Of a stretch of DNA of 64,000 bases, positions 50,202 to 63,250 are shown piece by piece. The notes beneath the pieces were generated by a model. The model was given only the letters and a program-made list of their open reading frames with translations, did no database searches and had not been told where the DNA came from. How positions within the stretch are numbered: the first letter of the stretch is position 1; each line of letters starts with the position of its first letter. The position numbers were made by a program, and so were the translations under genes. Source of the stretch: Tubiluchus corallicola (Eukaryota; Animalia; Priapulida); contig JAQGDQ010000838.1 in NCBI GenBank assembly GCA_030141605.1, positions 25,385-89,384 of the forward strand, given 5' to 3'.

Positions 50202-51262
50202 TATCACTTAAGCTATTGCTATTATCACTTAAACTATTGCTGTTATCACTTAAGCTATTGCTGTTATCACTTAAACTATTGCTGTTATCACTTAAACTAT
50301 TGCTGTTATCGCTTAAACTACTGCTGTTATCACTTAAGCTATTGTTGTTATCACTTAAACTATTGCTGTTATCACTTAAACTATTGTTGTTATCACTTAA
50401 ACTATTGTTGTTATCACTTAAGCTATTGTTGTTATCACTTAAACTATTGCTGTTATCACTTAAGCTATTGTTGTTGTCACTTAAGCTATTGTTGTTATCG
50501 CTTAAGCTATTGCTGTTATCACTTAAACTATTGCTGTTATCGCTTAAACTATTGCTGTTATCACTTAAACTATTGCTGTTATCACTTAAACTATTGCTGT
50601 TATCACTTAAACTATTGCTGTTATCACTTAAGCTATTGTTGTTATCACTTAAACTATTGCTGTTATCACTTAAGCTATTGCTGTTATCACTTAAACTATT
50701 GCTGTTATCACTTAAACTATTGCTGTTATCGCTTAAACTATTGCTGTTATCACTTAAACTATTGCTGTTATCACTTAAGCTATTGTTGTTATCACTTAAA
50801 CTATTGCTGTTATCACTTAAGCTATTGCTGTTATCACTTAAACTATTGCTGTTATCACTTAAGCTATTGTTGTTATCACTTAAGCTATTGTTGTTATCGC
50901 TTAAACTATTGCTGTTATCACTTAAACTATTGCTGTTATCACTTAAGCTATTGCTGTTATCACTTAAACTATTGCTGTTATCACTTAAGCTATTGTTGTT
51001 ATCACTTAAGCTATTGTTGTTATCACTTAAGCTATTGCTGTTATCACTTAAACTATTGCTGTTATCACTTAAACTATTGCTGTTATCACTTAAACTATTG
51101 CTGTTATCACTTAAACTATTGCTGTTATCACTTAAACTATTGCTGTTATCACTTAAGCTATTGTTGTTATCACTTAAACTATTGCTGTTATCACTTAAGC
51201 TATTGTTGTTATCACTTAAACTATTGCTGTTATCACTTAAACTATTGCTGTTATCACTTAAA
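50202..51262. repeat. 21-bp minisatellite, about 50 copies (tatcacttaa[a/g]ctattg[c/t]tgt)
   Basis: Directly visible. Explains the YCCYHLN and LLLSLK ORFs. Confidence 0.97.
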
Positions 51263-52779
51263 ATTATAATACAAAAATTTTCAAAAATCTGTCTATAAAA
51301 AACATAAGGTTAATTTATACTAAGGCTGTATTAAAATTTTCACACGCGTTGCTGCGTAATTGATTCAATTGAAAATTACGACGTAACTGATTTACTTCGT
51401 GACTCTTCGTAAGCGTTAAGCGTACTCAAACAGAACTAATTCAAACTTCTGCAGCCATGAATGACATCATTGGTGGAAGAACGGGTGTCTAAAATGGGAG
51501 CATCCAAGCGTGAAATGATCACGACTTTAAACTGATTTACTAATATAATAATAAACGCTTTATTTTACGTACATAAACACAAGTACAATTAACAAACCAC
51601 ACGCTTAAATAAACAACGCATACACGAAAACGTCCCTACAAATACAGGGCACTTGTTAAGCGAAGTTGATTAAAAAATACCATAATTTATAACAAACACA
51701 TCTACATGTATTTCACAGTGCTGATTGAATACACAAATTCTTAGGAAAATTAATTCGTACCTCTTAATTTAGAATTACGTATTGTTGAAATTCTATGCAC
51801 ATAGGTAATTAAATTACAAGTTACTAATTACACGTGGCGCTTATCATACTAAATCCTTCTCAACATTGTAGAGAAGTTATGTTTACATTGTAGAGAAGAA
51901 TACATGTTATATGTTTGCTGCCATTTGCTGCATGTATACTGCTGTAAAAATAAATTAATGAATGAATGAAAAATTGTTCTTCAATATCAGATGTCTGTAC
52001 ACGGATACGGCACTGAATTACCCCGATAGTTTTTCAAGATTCGTTTGCCTCTTTTCTGCACACTGCGTGATAAAATAGCAGCAACCCGCTGTGATAACCT
52101 GTTTATTTTACATTATATTTAACCAAGAGTCAATATTGCCACACCGAAAATACTGTTGGCCAACTCGATAGGGGATGTTGCAATATGGGATTTTTTCAGA
52201 AGCCATTGACAAAGGCAAATATTGGCTTCCAGCCAGAGAAGCCTTTACAGTTACTTACTAATGTACCTATTGTCGTGTGTGAAACAAGAAAAGAACTAAA
52301 AATATAAAAAATATTACAGTTTATCAGTTGTTACTAATTTCGTCGTGAAAATAGCGTGAAAAGCATGACAGATGAAATCATCCAGAGATAGTTTCATTCT
52401 GTCACCCATCCCGTTACTGATGATGTTCACCATTGTTTAACTTCGTCGTTAAGCGTACACTGTGATCACTCACCTATTTCGTGGTCCGAATTGTGTCACT
52501 GACAGAAACATGTTCATTTAAGTCATTATTATTTATTTGTGAAAAATAATAAAATTGCAACATTTAATTAATTAATTAAATTAATTAAGGACACAGCAGC
52601 TTTCCGTTTACTCATCATTTGACTTTTACTGGTTGACGTAAATATAAATTATTCAAACGTTCATTAAACACAACCCTTTTTGTTCATTAAACACAACCCT
52701 TTTTGTTCATTAAACACAACCCTTTCCTGATTACGTGGGTTCCATTATAGTCTTGGTCAGAGTTTCTCTATAGCGTAGT

Positions 52780-52981
52780 CATAATCATCACGCCATCATC
52801 ATCATCGTCGTCATCATCGTCGGCATCATCATCATCGTCGTCATCGTCGTCATCGTCGTCATCATCGCCATCATCATCATCATCATCGCCGTCGTCATCG
52901 TGAATCAAGTTATCCGCCTTCTACCTCTCCTTCTCTTCATTATCATCACCATCACCGCCACCATTGTCATCATCATCATCG

Positions 52982-53041
<60 letters not shown>

Positions 53042-53045
53042 CCAT
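52780..53045. repeat. (CAT/CGT)n trinucleotide repeat
   Basis: Directly visible. Confidence 0.9.
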
Positions 53046-53200
53046 GAGTATTATCATTGATCCTTCTTCTAGAGTTTCTTTACTTGCTGTTACGTGGGGG
53101 AGGGGGAGGGGGAGGGGGTGTTAGGTAAACTGATATTGTAAAAATAACGACGATGAGGCTCTAACTAACGATGAAGACGATTGTCACACCAACAACAGTC

Positions 53201-53493
53201 ACAGTAATAGCGTCTCAGTTCACTGCACCACCACCAGGGCCTACAGTAATAGCGTCTCAGTTCACTGCACCACCACCAGGGCCTACAGTAATAGCGTCTC
53301 AGTTCACTGCACCACCACCAGGGCCTACAGTAATAACGTCTCAGTTCACTGCACCACCACCAGGGCCTACAGTAATAGCGTCTCAGTTCACTGCACCACC
53401 ACCAGGGCCTACAGTAATAGCGTCTCAGTTCACTGCACCACCACCAGGGCCTACAGTAATAGGGTGTCAGTTCACTGCACCACCACCAGGGCC
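53201..53493. repeat. 42-bp minisatellite x7
   Basis: acagtaatagcgtctcagttcactgcaccaccaccagggcct repeated. Confidence 0.95.
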
Positions 53494-53689
53494 TTCAACA
53501 ATACAGTATGTACGTTGTTTTATAGAAATATTCATGATAGAAATAGATTATAGTATGTGGTTTGCGGATAATCACCCACTTAGCTGGTCCACTTCATAAG
53601 TACATCAACAATGAAAATGAAACCGTAGAAGAACTACAGTTGAAAATCAAATTGAATTTCAGACGAAAATGCCTGAAAATGTTTAATTG

Positions 53690-54012
53690 TACCCCTGCCT
53701 GACAAAGTTAGCACATTGATGTCAACTGACGAAGCACGTAAAAACTTGTTCACAAGGAGAGGACTGTCGCTGGAGAGAATTTCTCTAACATGAAGCAAGT
53801 TGTTGGAGCGCACCAGACGTGTGGATCAGACAAGATACTATTAGAACAAGCATTGATCGCTGCCCCAACTTTACCATTTCACTGTGGCTGGATGAGATCC
53901 ACTGACTTGATAATATGGGAACCGCAATAGACATATAAGCATAAGTAATTGCTAACTACTTATTAAATGTTGCTGTCAGCCGGACAGAGGGTGCTGTAGC
54001 AAACGTAAATGT
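53690..54012 (+). mobile_element. Decayed DNA-transposon coding fragment, probably the C-terminal region of an Academ-type transposase (Cys-rich finger)
   Basis: DKVSTLMSTDEARKNLFTRRGLSLERISLT*..., EQALIAAPTLP..GW......WEP and LIKCCCQPDRGCCSKRKC, interrupted by stops and frameshifts. Family label from recall. Confidence 0.55.
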
Positions 54013-54157
54013 ACCTACTTTCGAAATAGCAACCTCTGGGATAACCGTCCGAATTTTTATTCTTGCGACACCAAGTCCTGGCAATGCAGCGCGTCCATAG
54101 CACACAGTTAGTTTAAACATAATTTAGTATAGGATTGAATCAGACAGTTTGAACAAC

Positions 54158-54367
54158 ATAATTTAGGATCCTCACCACAATAGACTTTATACACTATTTA
54201 CAAAAACATTTACAGTAAGAATAGACTATAACTACACAAGCTGACAAGTTTTACTACAAGAATACATTAGACATTAGTAGAAAATGACGGTTAGAAAATA
54301 TTAATGTACGAATATTTAAGACTGATGCATTTCATATCAGATAGAAACTACTGGAAGCGTTTAGTAC
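54158..54367 (-). repeat. Dispersed repeat, inverted copy of 6922-7132
   Basis: Reverse-complement match. Confidence 0.85.
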
Positions 54368-54994
54368 GTAATATAAAGTCATGTATACATTGGAATATTT
54401 TACAGTTAGTAGCATAGCACACAGTTTACACATGGCGACCCTTCACATTAATACAAAAGTGTTTTTGAGGTGCCTGCACCGAAGGAGTAGAAAATTGATT
54501 AAGCTTCCCAGTTGACCCTAAATACTTTCTTAATAAAGAAAACGTGTAAACGGTTTAGCTTCTACTATTTAAAATAACCAAGGAATTTATAACCGCGTTT
54601 TAAATTAACACTTTGTACACATAAGTGCGTGTGATGATTACGTGGTTTCGTGGTTTCATGAAGATGAGTTTGCCGTTTATAAAATGAGAATCTAAAGCGT
54701 GGAAATCACAGAGAATGTAGAATAATGTAGTACGTACGTTTAAATTTGCATGCATTCGTCGTCGTTATAACAACGTTTTTGATTCGTCATCTTCAGCATG
54801 GACACTGCGTATGGTACAAAGGTTGTTGCTATTGTTTCTCCCGTCTTCTTTTCTCTTTTCGTTTGCTTACTTTTTTGCTATCTTTAACAACATGATTGTT
54901 ATAATCGTCATTTGGTATCGCCAGCGTTCTTAATCCTCACTATTATCACTGTCATCATCACCACCGTTTCTGTCCTCTTTCACCACTATCACAT

Positions 54995-55169
54995 CACCAC
55001 CACCAACGCCAACGCCACCACCACCACCACCACCACCACCACCACCACCACCACCACCACCACCACCACCACCACCATCACCTCCACGAGCACCTAATCC
55101 TCCTCCTCCTCCTCATCATCATCATTCTCATCATCGTCGTCGTCATCATCATCATCATCATCATCATTG

Positions 55170-55202
<33 letters not shown>

Positions 55203-55277
55203 CGTGGCTCATCATTGTTTTCATTTTAGTAAGAGAGATTATGTCACTTGACTTCGTACGTAGTTCAACTCAGGGTT

Positions 55278-55353
<76 letters not shown>

Positions 55354-55450
55354 CGTGGCTCATCATTGTTTTCATTTTAGTAAGAGAGATTATGTCACTT
55401 AACTTCGTACGTAGTTCAACTCAGGGTTTTGCATCATCATCATCATCACG
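54995..55450. repeat. (CAC)n and (CAT)n microsatellites with a duplicated 80-bp spacer
   Basis: cacgtggctcatcattgttttcattttagtaagagagattatgtcac occurs twice between (CAT)n blocks. Confidence 0.9.
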
Positions 55451-56161
55451 TGGCTCATCATGGTTTTCACAAATAAACAGGCGATTAGTTGATGTTCGCC
55501 GTGCTTGCCCTCATGTGAAGCAATTCTTGAAAATTAGAAACATAGTAGCCGTCGTGTAGCCAACATCTGGAACCCAGACTTGAGTGTAATTAACTTATCT
55601 ATAAGTGTGGCTTAAAACCCATCCAAGATTCTCATAGTAGGTCTAACTTTACTAAGGATAAAAGATTCATTAACGTAGCGTGGTTGTCGTTATTATTAGT
55701 AACTTTTGACAGTTTGCAAAGAGCGGAACGAAATGTATATTTGAGGACTTCGTTTTACAAAATTCCGATGGCATGATAAAATGATGTCGTTTAATTTTGA
55801 TAAATCGTACGTTAATCAATGAGCTAAATATGCTTCGTGTATATAGAGTTAATTAATCTGTTCTTTCCATCTGCGCAATGCTTTGAGCATGATTAGAGGC
55901 ACTAAAAATGGGATTCAAAGTCGGATTGATGTTCAATGAAATTCCTCAGACACTGATTCAAGTCACAGCTGAGGACAACCTTTTGCTACATTTTTCAAAT
56001 GAAAAACGTCTATTTTTCAAGCCGCATAGCTATAATATCATAATAATACACTCATATAGATTTGGTATTTAATTCATTGATATTTTATTAGCATATTTAT
56101 GTACATTGCTCTTATTTATGATTTCAATGATTTGGATGCATAAGAAGAACATTTGCTTTAA

Positions 56162-56823
56162 AGGACAAAAAAGGGGTACCTGAAGTAGGTTTTGGAAAAA
56201 TTGCCTTAAAAATTTATATTACTTTATAGCATCCTCGCGCTGAAAGGATTTTTTGTTTGTTGTAATTTTAAATCTCTCGCAATACTGTTCGGACGGCGCC
56301 ATTGCATGACGTCATATACGCACAACGTAAATCAAGGGAAGAAAAAAAATGTTAAACTATGTCCCGAAAAACTTTCCATGTAAAGTCATATTACTCAGCA
56401 TTTCGCTTAAATGCTGGAAAGACTTATGTAATTAGAAGAAAAATTATTAATTATTCAAAATGTTTTCACCAATTGATGAAATGTCGTTGACTGACCCTGC
56501 AGGGTGCGCCACTCACTAAACAAAAACGTTTTTAACCTTATTGACATTATACAGCAAGTTAAAATTTTACTTAGTTAGTGACGTGTGTGCTACGAATGCT
56601 CTGATTATTTTTCCAAACTTTACTTATTGTTATCTAAATTTATTTCAAATGACCTGTCGCAAAAATGACTGCGTCTAACGGTCATCGCGGGAGTTTAAAT
56701 TTACATGTTTCATACAGCGTTACTGCCAACCCAAGCCCTGCATGCAAAAAGCCAGTATGTAAGTGGAATAAAATTTCAAGACGAATTTTTAAACTTTTTT
56801 TAAGTGAAGGGTTTTCTTGTGCA
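56162..56823 (+). mobile_element. Family B TTAA-flanked element, copy 2
   Basis: TTAA-AGGACAAAAAA ... TTTTCTTGTGCA-TTAA. Collinear with 45586-46240. Confidence 0.75.
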
Positions 56824-57220
56824 TTAAGGGGATCAGAACTTGGGTTGTCCTTCAATGATTCCCCAGAAGTTCAACTGGTAGAAGGCCTGCTCAGTAAGGA
56901 GGAGGTTGTAGGTTCGACTTCGCTGAGGCGCGACCTTTTCATGTCTTTTTTTATACTGGGAGCATGATACCAAACAGAGTGGAAGAGGCATATCATTAAT
57001 AGGATCCGAATATATTAAAAGCCCTGTGAAATTCCGTTTAAATCATGGCTGGATTTATGTTTTAATATTATAGTTACGCAGCTAGGAGCATAAATTTGTG
57101 CAAATTTCTTTATTCTGGCTAAAGCACTATGCTTATCCAGCGCAAATTCTACAATTAAAATATCTGTAAAATTGAGTAATTATTTATGTTGTTCTGCAGT
57201 TTCCTGTTTCTTTATTTCAG

Positions 57221-57412
57221 CCACTAGAGGTCAGTACCCAACGTGTCCACGAGGATGTTCCAGTTGCTCGTTAATGAACGGCTGTGTGACGTGTAGACCA
57301 AACTATTACATGTACTTACATCGTAGCGGCATGCGACAGTCTGGAATCTGTATGTCAGTCTGTCCCGTCGGCTTCTACGGTCATTCGGACTACGGCTTCA
57401 TGAAATGTTCAA
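57221..57412 (+). CDS. RSPO: R-spondin exon 2: furin-like cysteine-rich domain FU1
   Basis: tttatttcag / gtaaga boundaries, phase 1-1. CPRGCSSCSLMNGCVTCRPNYYMYLHRSGMRQSGICMSVCPVGFYG...MKCS matches RSPO FU1 (S.xNGC, R.GMRQ.G.C). Confidence 0.95.
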
Positions 57413-57949
57413 GTAAGACAACTAATTTGCTTCAAGTTAATTTCTTGTAGAAGATGACCTAACCGTTTCATCTTGTTCAAACATGTTAGTGGTGAACAAA
57501 ATAGTAGTCAATATTAAATGTTGCCAAACTCATCTGATCATTTAATCTCCAATATATCATCTGTGTAGCTAATTAATTAAACTTTTTGGGAACTTGTTTA
57601 AAAATTGGTACGTACATCTCCCACTACGTTAGAAATTGGAAGGTTCACTGATATTCCAGAAGATGAAAGATTGTGTCATGTCATAACGGTCGAGTCTGAA
57701 AAAATGTTTTATTGCAATGTCCCCTTCATGATCATATTCGCATTTTGTTATTCCAGTGTCGCGGCGCAAAAATCCAGAATTTGAATGAATTCAACGATAA
57801 TGATAAATTATGTCAGATACTATCAGGTGATATTTGTTTGAAATAATGTTCCAAAACCTGCCACCTAGTGCTGGAAAGAAAAAAAATTTAAATAGTGTGA
57901 TGATATGTTTTAATGTTTGTTTAATGACTGTTTTAATTTATACGTAACA

Positions 57950-58197
57950 TGACACTGTGCTGTACTGCACTGCACTACACTACACTACACTACACTACAC
58001 TACACTACACTACACTACACTACACTACACTACACTACACTACACTACACTACACTACACTACACCACACTACACTACACTACACTATACTACACTATGC
58101 TGCGCTACGCTACACTACACTACACTATGCTGCGCACCGCACCGCACTGCACCACACCACACCACACCACACCACACTACACTACACTATACTATAC
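57950..58197. repeat. (CACTA)n pentanucleotide repeat
   Basis: Directly visible. Confidence 0.95.
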
Positions 58198-59023
58198 ATT
58201 AAAATTTTTCCACGAAACATTAGATTTTACGGTTATATGTATAGTGTTGCAAAACTTTGAAGAAGAAAGAATAAACAAAGGAATCTTAAGATTGTCCAGT
58301 CTGACCGCTTACCAGATTCTTCGAATACTTATACAGAGCCCTTAATTCAAATTCTTAATTCTCAATGACTAAGCATTGGTATGCTTGCTTACTGAGTTTC
58401 TGTGACTGAGTTAGTCTACTTATTGGTATGTCAAGTTGACTAGATATATTACTTGGAATACCATTTACGGTTGTCATGGATTTGAATACGAAATTTCCTA
58501 CCATTTCTTCACAGTAATCACTCTATGCTGTTACAGCACAACATAAAAACTAGTTAAAACTTATGAATTTGAGAGCGAAATTGGCATCACGGCGAAATGG
58601 ACCTCTTTATACAGTTACTTCTCAAACGAGTAACCATGAAATTAACTTTATACATTAATCACATTAGTTTAGGCTTTTGTTAATTAATTCGGAGTTCTTG
58701 CTACAAACCTGAGTTTCTTACATGCTGAAAAGCCAAAAGCAATTCCAGTTGACCATAATGATTTAGGGCTTGTTTTCAGGACAACAATTTGCGGGCGCGG
58801 GCTTTTTCCTGTGGAATTCCCAGGCACGGCCGAGGAAACCTGTGCATATCCAGGATAATTTTGCCAACTATCTTTGAAAAAATATTGATACACGTGCGCA
58901 GGCGCATGTTATACTTGGTAAAATGGCACAGGAGACCCGCACAAACCTCTCCCAGCCCACTCTACTTCAGCAATGCGTCTCACTTGTTTTCTCAGCTTTG
59001 ATTAAAAATGCATAATTTTGCAG

Positions 59024-59182
59024 AATGCCAGACGAGGGGCTGTGAGGTCTGTACTGATAAGCACACATGTGAGAAGTGTGCTCCGGGATTCCGGCTACAG
59101 GAGGAGCAAGGACAGCTGTGTGATGGAATAACGTGCCAAAATGTTACTCAGTCTAACCTCTCTAAAACTTGCGTTAAAAATG
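59024..59182 (+). CDS. RSPO: R-spondin exon 3: divergent FU2 domain
   Basis: ttttgcag / gtaaag boundaries, phase 1-1. KCQTRGCEVCTDKHTCEKCAPGFRLQEEQGQLCDGITCQNVTQSNLSKTCVKN has 8 Cys. Confidence 0.88.
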
Positions 59183-59372
59183 GTAAAGAGTTAACGTGAA
59201 TTTTTGTTGCATTCCGTGGAAATCCAGTAATAGATTTTTAGCAAGAGTTTTGCGAAAATCTTGAGTCACAAATTTGGTAACGACTTTAGGAACTGAGTAA
59301 CAGATTGCAATTATTGCTATCAGAAATATCACTTTCTGCGTATCTGCGGTGGTGGTGGTGATTTTAATAGTA

Positions 59373-60050
59373 GACTCATATCTCGGTTTACCGGACCTCA
59401 CTTTTATGGATATGGGAAAATTCGGACAAAATCTGGTCCGTTAAAAGTCTTGCATACGGACACAGTCCGTCATTTCGCAAGCTGACCGCTAGTTGGCGGG
59501 CCGTCACTTTGTTTACATCACGTACGTCAGTGTAACCACGTGTATATCTCTATGTATAAAAATATAGAGACAATTATGCCGAGTTATATGAGTCAATTGT
59601 TAACAGTTTTTATATGCTTTTGCATAGGGCCCGTACTAGACGCTTTTGAAACAATAAGGCGATTGAGTCTACCTTACCTAATACACGGCCCCTACTGCCC
59701 CTACGGACAGGGCCTATTTCAGGGGGGGAGTGGGGATACTTCCCCGGGGCCTCACCCTCCAGGGGGGCCTCGCGCCGAGGTAACATTATTTTTTTTGCTT
59801 TATGCAAACACACTGTATAACTCCATATTTTCTCTTCGAAAATGCTTCTCCGGCTTTCTAGCAGTTCAAAAATTTTCTGGGCCCCAACCATGGTGGCGCC
59901 CGCCCCCGGGACTTCGCCCCCTCCCCGAGGAGGCCTCACACACCCCACTTCCCCGGGCCTCGCTTAGGCTGAAATAGGCCCTGCCTACGGACAATCAGCA
60001 ATTCGGACCGACATCTCTCCGCATTTGTCCGGCAAACCGAGATATGAGTG
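59373..60050 (+). mobile_element. TA-flanked MITE family D, copy 3 (host of a nested hAT MITE)
   Basis: TA-GACTCATATCTCGGTTT ... AAACCGAGATATGAGTG-TA. Confidence 0.85.
59708..59983. mobile_element. hAT MITE nested in family D copy 3
   Basis: Perfect 15-bp TIR CAGGGCCTATTTCAG / CTGAAATAGGCCCTG and perfect 8-bp TSD CCTACGGA (59700-59707, 59984-59991). Confidence 0.92.
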
Positions 60051-60404
60051 TAGTTGTGTTGGCGATAGTGCCGCTAACGATGATGATGATAAGAGTTTTT
60101 GGCTAGGAGAAAAGATGGTTGACCTGATGGGGGTGGCAACTGCTGAGGAGGGTTTTGGTGATGACCATCCCAGCGGCAGTGGAAGTGGTGCTGTCAGCGA
60201 CAGTCAAGACTTGGTAGTGGTGTTAATGGTTGTCCGCTAGTGCTAGTGTTTGTTGTAAAAAAATCAAATGATATTTTATTAGTGTAAAAAAAACATACAA
60301 TGAAAGTAAAAAACAAGACATACATACAATTTCAATTTTGAAATGTAATGGCACTATATACAAACAAAACAATGACTAATAAAACAAGTTATATGTGGTC
60401 ACGT

Positions 60405-61395
60405 GACTATCATGGTTTGGTGGAAGTGATTCTGACACTCTCAGAGTTTGACTATCATGAGGTGGTGAAAGTGATTCTGACACTCACAGAGTTTGACTAT
60501 CATGGGGTGGTGGAAGTGATTCTGACACTCACAGAGTTTGACTATCATGGGGTGGTGGAAGTGATTCTGACACTCTCAGAGTTTGACTATCATGAGGTGG
60601 TGGAAGTGATTCTGACACTCTCAGAGTTTGACTATCATGGGGTGGTGGAAGTGATTCTGACACTCTCAGAGTTTGACTATCGAGGGGTTGGAAGTGTTAC
60701 CTCAGAGTTTGATATCATGTGATTCGATCTCAGTTTGACTATCATGAGGTGTAAGTGATTCTGACACTCTCAGAGTTTGACTATCATGGGGTGGTGGAAG
60801 TGATTCTGACACTCTCAGAGTTTGACTATCATGAGGTGATGGAAGTGATCTTGACACTCTCAGAGTTTGACTATCATGGGGTGGTGGAAGTGATTCTGAC
60901 ACTCTCAGAGTTTGACTATCATGAGGGGGTGGAAGTGTTTCTGACACTCTCAGAGTTTGACTATCATGAGGTGGTGGAAGTGATTCTGACATTCTCACAG
61001 TTTGACTATCATGAGGTGGTGGAAGTGATTCTGACACTCTCAGAGTTTGACTATGGGGTGGTGGAAGTGATTCTGACACTCTCAGAGTTTGACTATCATG
61101 GTGTGGAAGTGATCCTGACACTCTCAGAGTTTGACTATCATGGGGTGGTGGAAGTGATTCTGACACTCTCAGAGTTTGACTATCATGAGGTGATGGAAGT
61201 GATTCTGACACTCTCAGAGTTTGACTATCATGAGGTGGTGGAAGTGATTCTGACACTCTCAGAGTTTGACTATCATGAGGTGGTGGAAGTGATTCTGACA
61301 CTCTCAGAGTTTGACTACTATGGGGTGGTGGAAGTGATTCTGACACTCTCAGAGATTGACTATCAAGAGATGTTGGAAGTGATTCTGACACTTCC
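60405..61395. repeat. 42-bp minisatellite, about 23 copies
   Basis: gactatcatg[a/g]ggtggtggaagtgattctgacactctcagagttt repeated. Explains the EFDYHGVVEVILTLS ORFs. Confidence 0.96.
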
Positions 61396-61465
61396 TGAGT
61401 TGAGAAACATGCTATTAACATGGTTCAACTCTGCTTACCAATAACAATCGTTTTTCTTGCTGTAG

Positions 61466-61654
61466 TTGATTGTATCATGAGCAATTGGAGTGCCTGGTCC
61501 TTGTGCAGTTGGAAAGGGAAGCCGTGCAGGAAAACTAGAGGTTCTCAACAGCGTCATCGCACCATAATCCAGTATCCATCCAGAGAAGGAAAAGCCTGTC
61601 CGGTTCAATTGATGCAACAGAAACCATGTCGCCTTTCCAAAAAGCAATGTAAAG
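61466..61654 (+). CDS. RSPO: R-spondin exon 4: thrombospondin type 1 (TSP1) domain
   Basis: cttgctgtag / gtgaag boundaries, phase 1-1. VDCIMSNWSAWSLCSWKGKPCRKTRGSQQRHRTIIQYPSREGKACP...CRLSKKQCKG has the WSxWSxC motif and RSPO-type spacing. The final basic exon was not found in the window. Confidence 0.93.
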
Positions 61655-62277
61655 GTGAAGTCTCCTTATTGTAGCATAGTAACATTTAACAATGTGCGTT
61701 ATTCTATTTAATTTAGTTATTGACAGCATGCTTGCGTTACCCGGTGCTGCGCTCTAGTGGTGAACTTAGAATTATTATAAAAGAAATTATAGTATTTTGA
61801 GTAAAAGAATTTTGTAGTACCCGTGCCGCATAAGCAAATTAATGACTAAAATTTAATGTGAAAGAAAAATCCGTCAAAACTAAAAAATGATAATTAGTGT
61901 GCTCCAAAATTTGATTCGATTATATGCACGTATAATTTTAAAACTACCTTGATTAGCAATTTTTGCTAAAATATATTTTTACGCATCTTACCTACAACAT
62001 TGGTTGCAACTTTTTACTAACGACTTCTTTAACTTACTTTTTTAACAACTTTTTGATTACCCTTATAATTGCACTCTTTTTCAGAAATTTCACATTTTAC
62101 TGCTAACGCCAAACTCCTAACAGGTGCTTCATTTCTTTTACTGAATCATTTTTAGTAACGAGTTTTGTCTCTTTTCCTAATTTTTTATGTAAAGTTTACT
62201 TCACCTCATAAAAATTCTATAGAAAAGGTAAAATTTGCACTAGAAGCTAAGAAGCACTACATGTTATGCTTTATTAA

Positions 62278-62872
62278 AGGAAGACAGGATGATTTTTCAT
62301 ATACTACCCCATTTTCAAGTCCGATAAAAGTATACAATTTAACACGATTGATACTGCAAAAGCGTTTCTGATAATTATATAACAGATTAAAAACTTAATT
62401 CGCGGCGGGCGAACCCAACTATTGATGACATCACAAACTAACACAATTTTCAACATAAAAAATATTCCACGAGCGTGTTGCACGTGTCTGCGAAAGCGAA
62501 AATTGAAGTACAGCGTTACTGTAAGATATTCGATGTGTTGTACTAAAACTAGGCAAGTTTTAAAATAAAAATTCGAATTTACCGCTGTGCTCACGTGTGT
62601 AGTTCGTCTTATACTAACACAACTGAACTGAGGGGTACAGCACCTGTTTTTTGTGCAATACATTTCCGAAATGTATGAGCCAGTGCCCGTCTAACTAACG
62701 AATGGCGAAATGCATGTAACAGCGAAGATCTAGTGGCGCGAACGTGAAATTGTGTTTGTGTGGTAATAAGTCTTTCACGTAAGTCCTTCTTGAAAAAATA
62801 GTATGTTTCCTTTCAATATTTTGAAGAGTAGATTGTTTTGACCTACAGTTTAAGATTGGGTCCGGTTTTGCG
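62278..62872 (-). mobile_element. Family A element, copy 5 (inverted)
   Basis: Reverse complement of 4229-4838, with TTAA at 62274-62277 and 62873-62876. Confidence 0.82.
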
Positions 62873-63087
62873 TTAAATGAATTACAAATATACACAAAAT
62901 GTAATAAAAAATATGTACAGAATTTAAAACTAGAAGGCATCAGTTAAAAACCCGACGTTAAAAAATCTACATCATAAATTATACCATCCCCTTAATGTTT
63001 TACTTCAAAATCGTACGTAAGTTTGGTGACATAAATGACTTAGCATAGAATTTGCGGACCCAATCATTAAACTACTCTCCAAGTGAT

Positions 63088-63250
63088 TATATTATATTAT
63101 ATTATATTATATTATATTATATTATATTATATTATATTATATTATATTATATTATATTATATTATTACATTATATTATATTATATTATATTATATTATAT
63201 TATATTATATTATATTATATTATATTATATTATATTATATCATATTATTT
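63088..63250. repeat. (ATATT)n microsatellite
   Basis: Directly visible. Confidence 0.96.

Noticed and set aside
50142-51298. 375-aa Cys/Tyr-rich and 360-aa Leu-rich ORFs
   Set aside because: Translation artefacts of a 21-bp minisatellite within R-spondin intron 1.
53171-53599. 142-aa Pro-rich repeat ORF (VIASQFTAPPPGPT)n
   Set aside because: A 42-bp minisatellite with no splice sites linking it to the R-spondin frame.
60348-61444. Repetitive ORFs, or a CRISPR-like array
   Set aside because: Head-to-tail 42-bp units with no unique spacers, in a eukaryotic intron.
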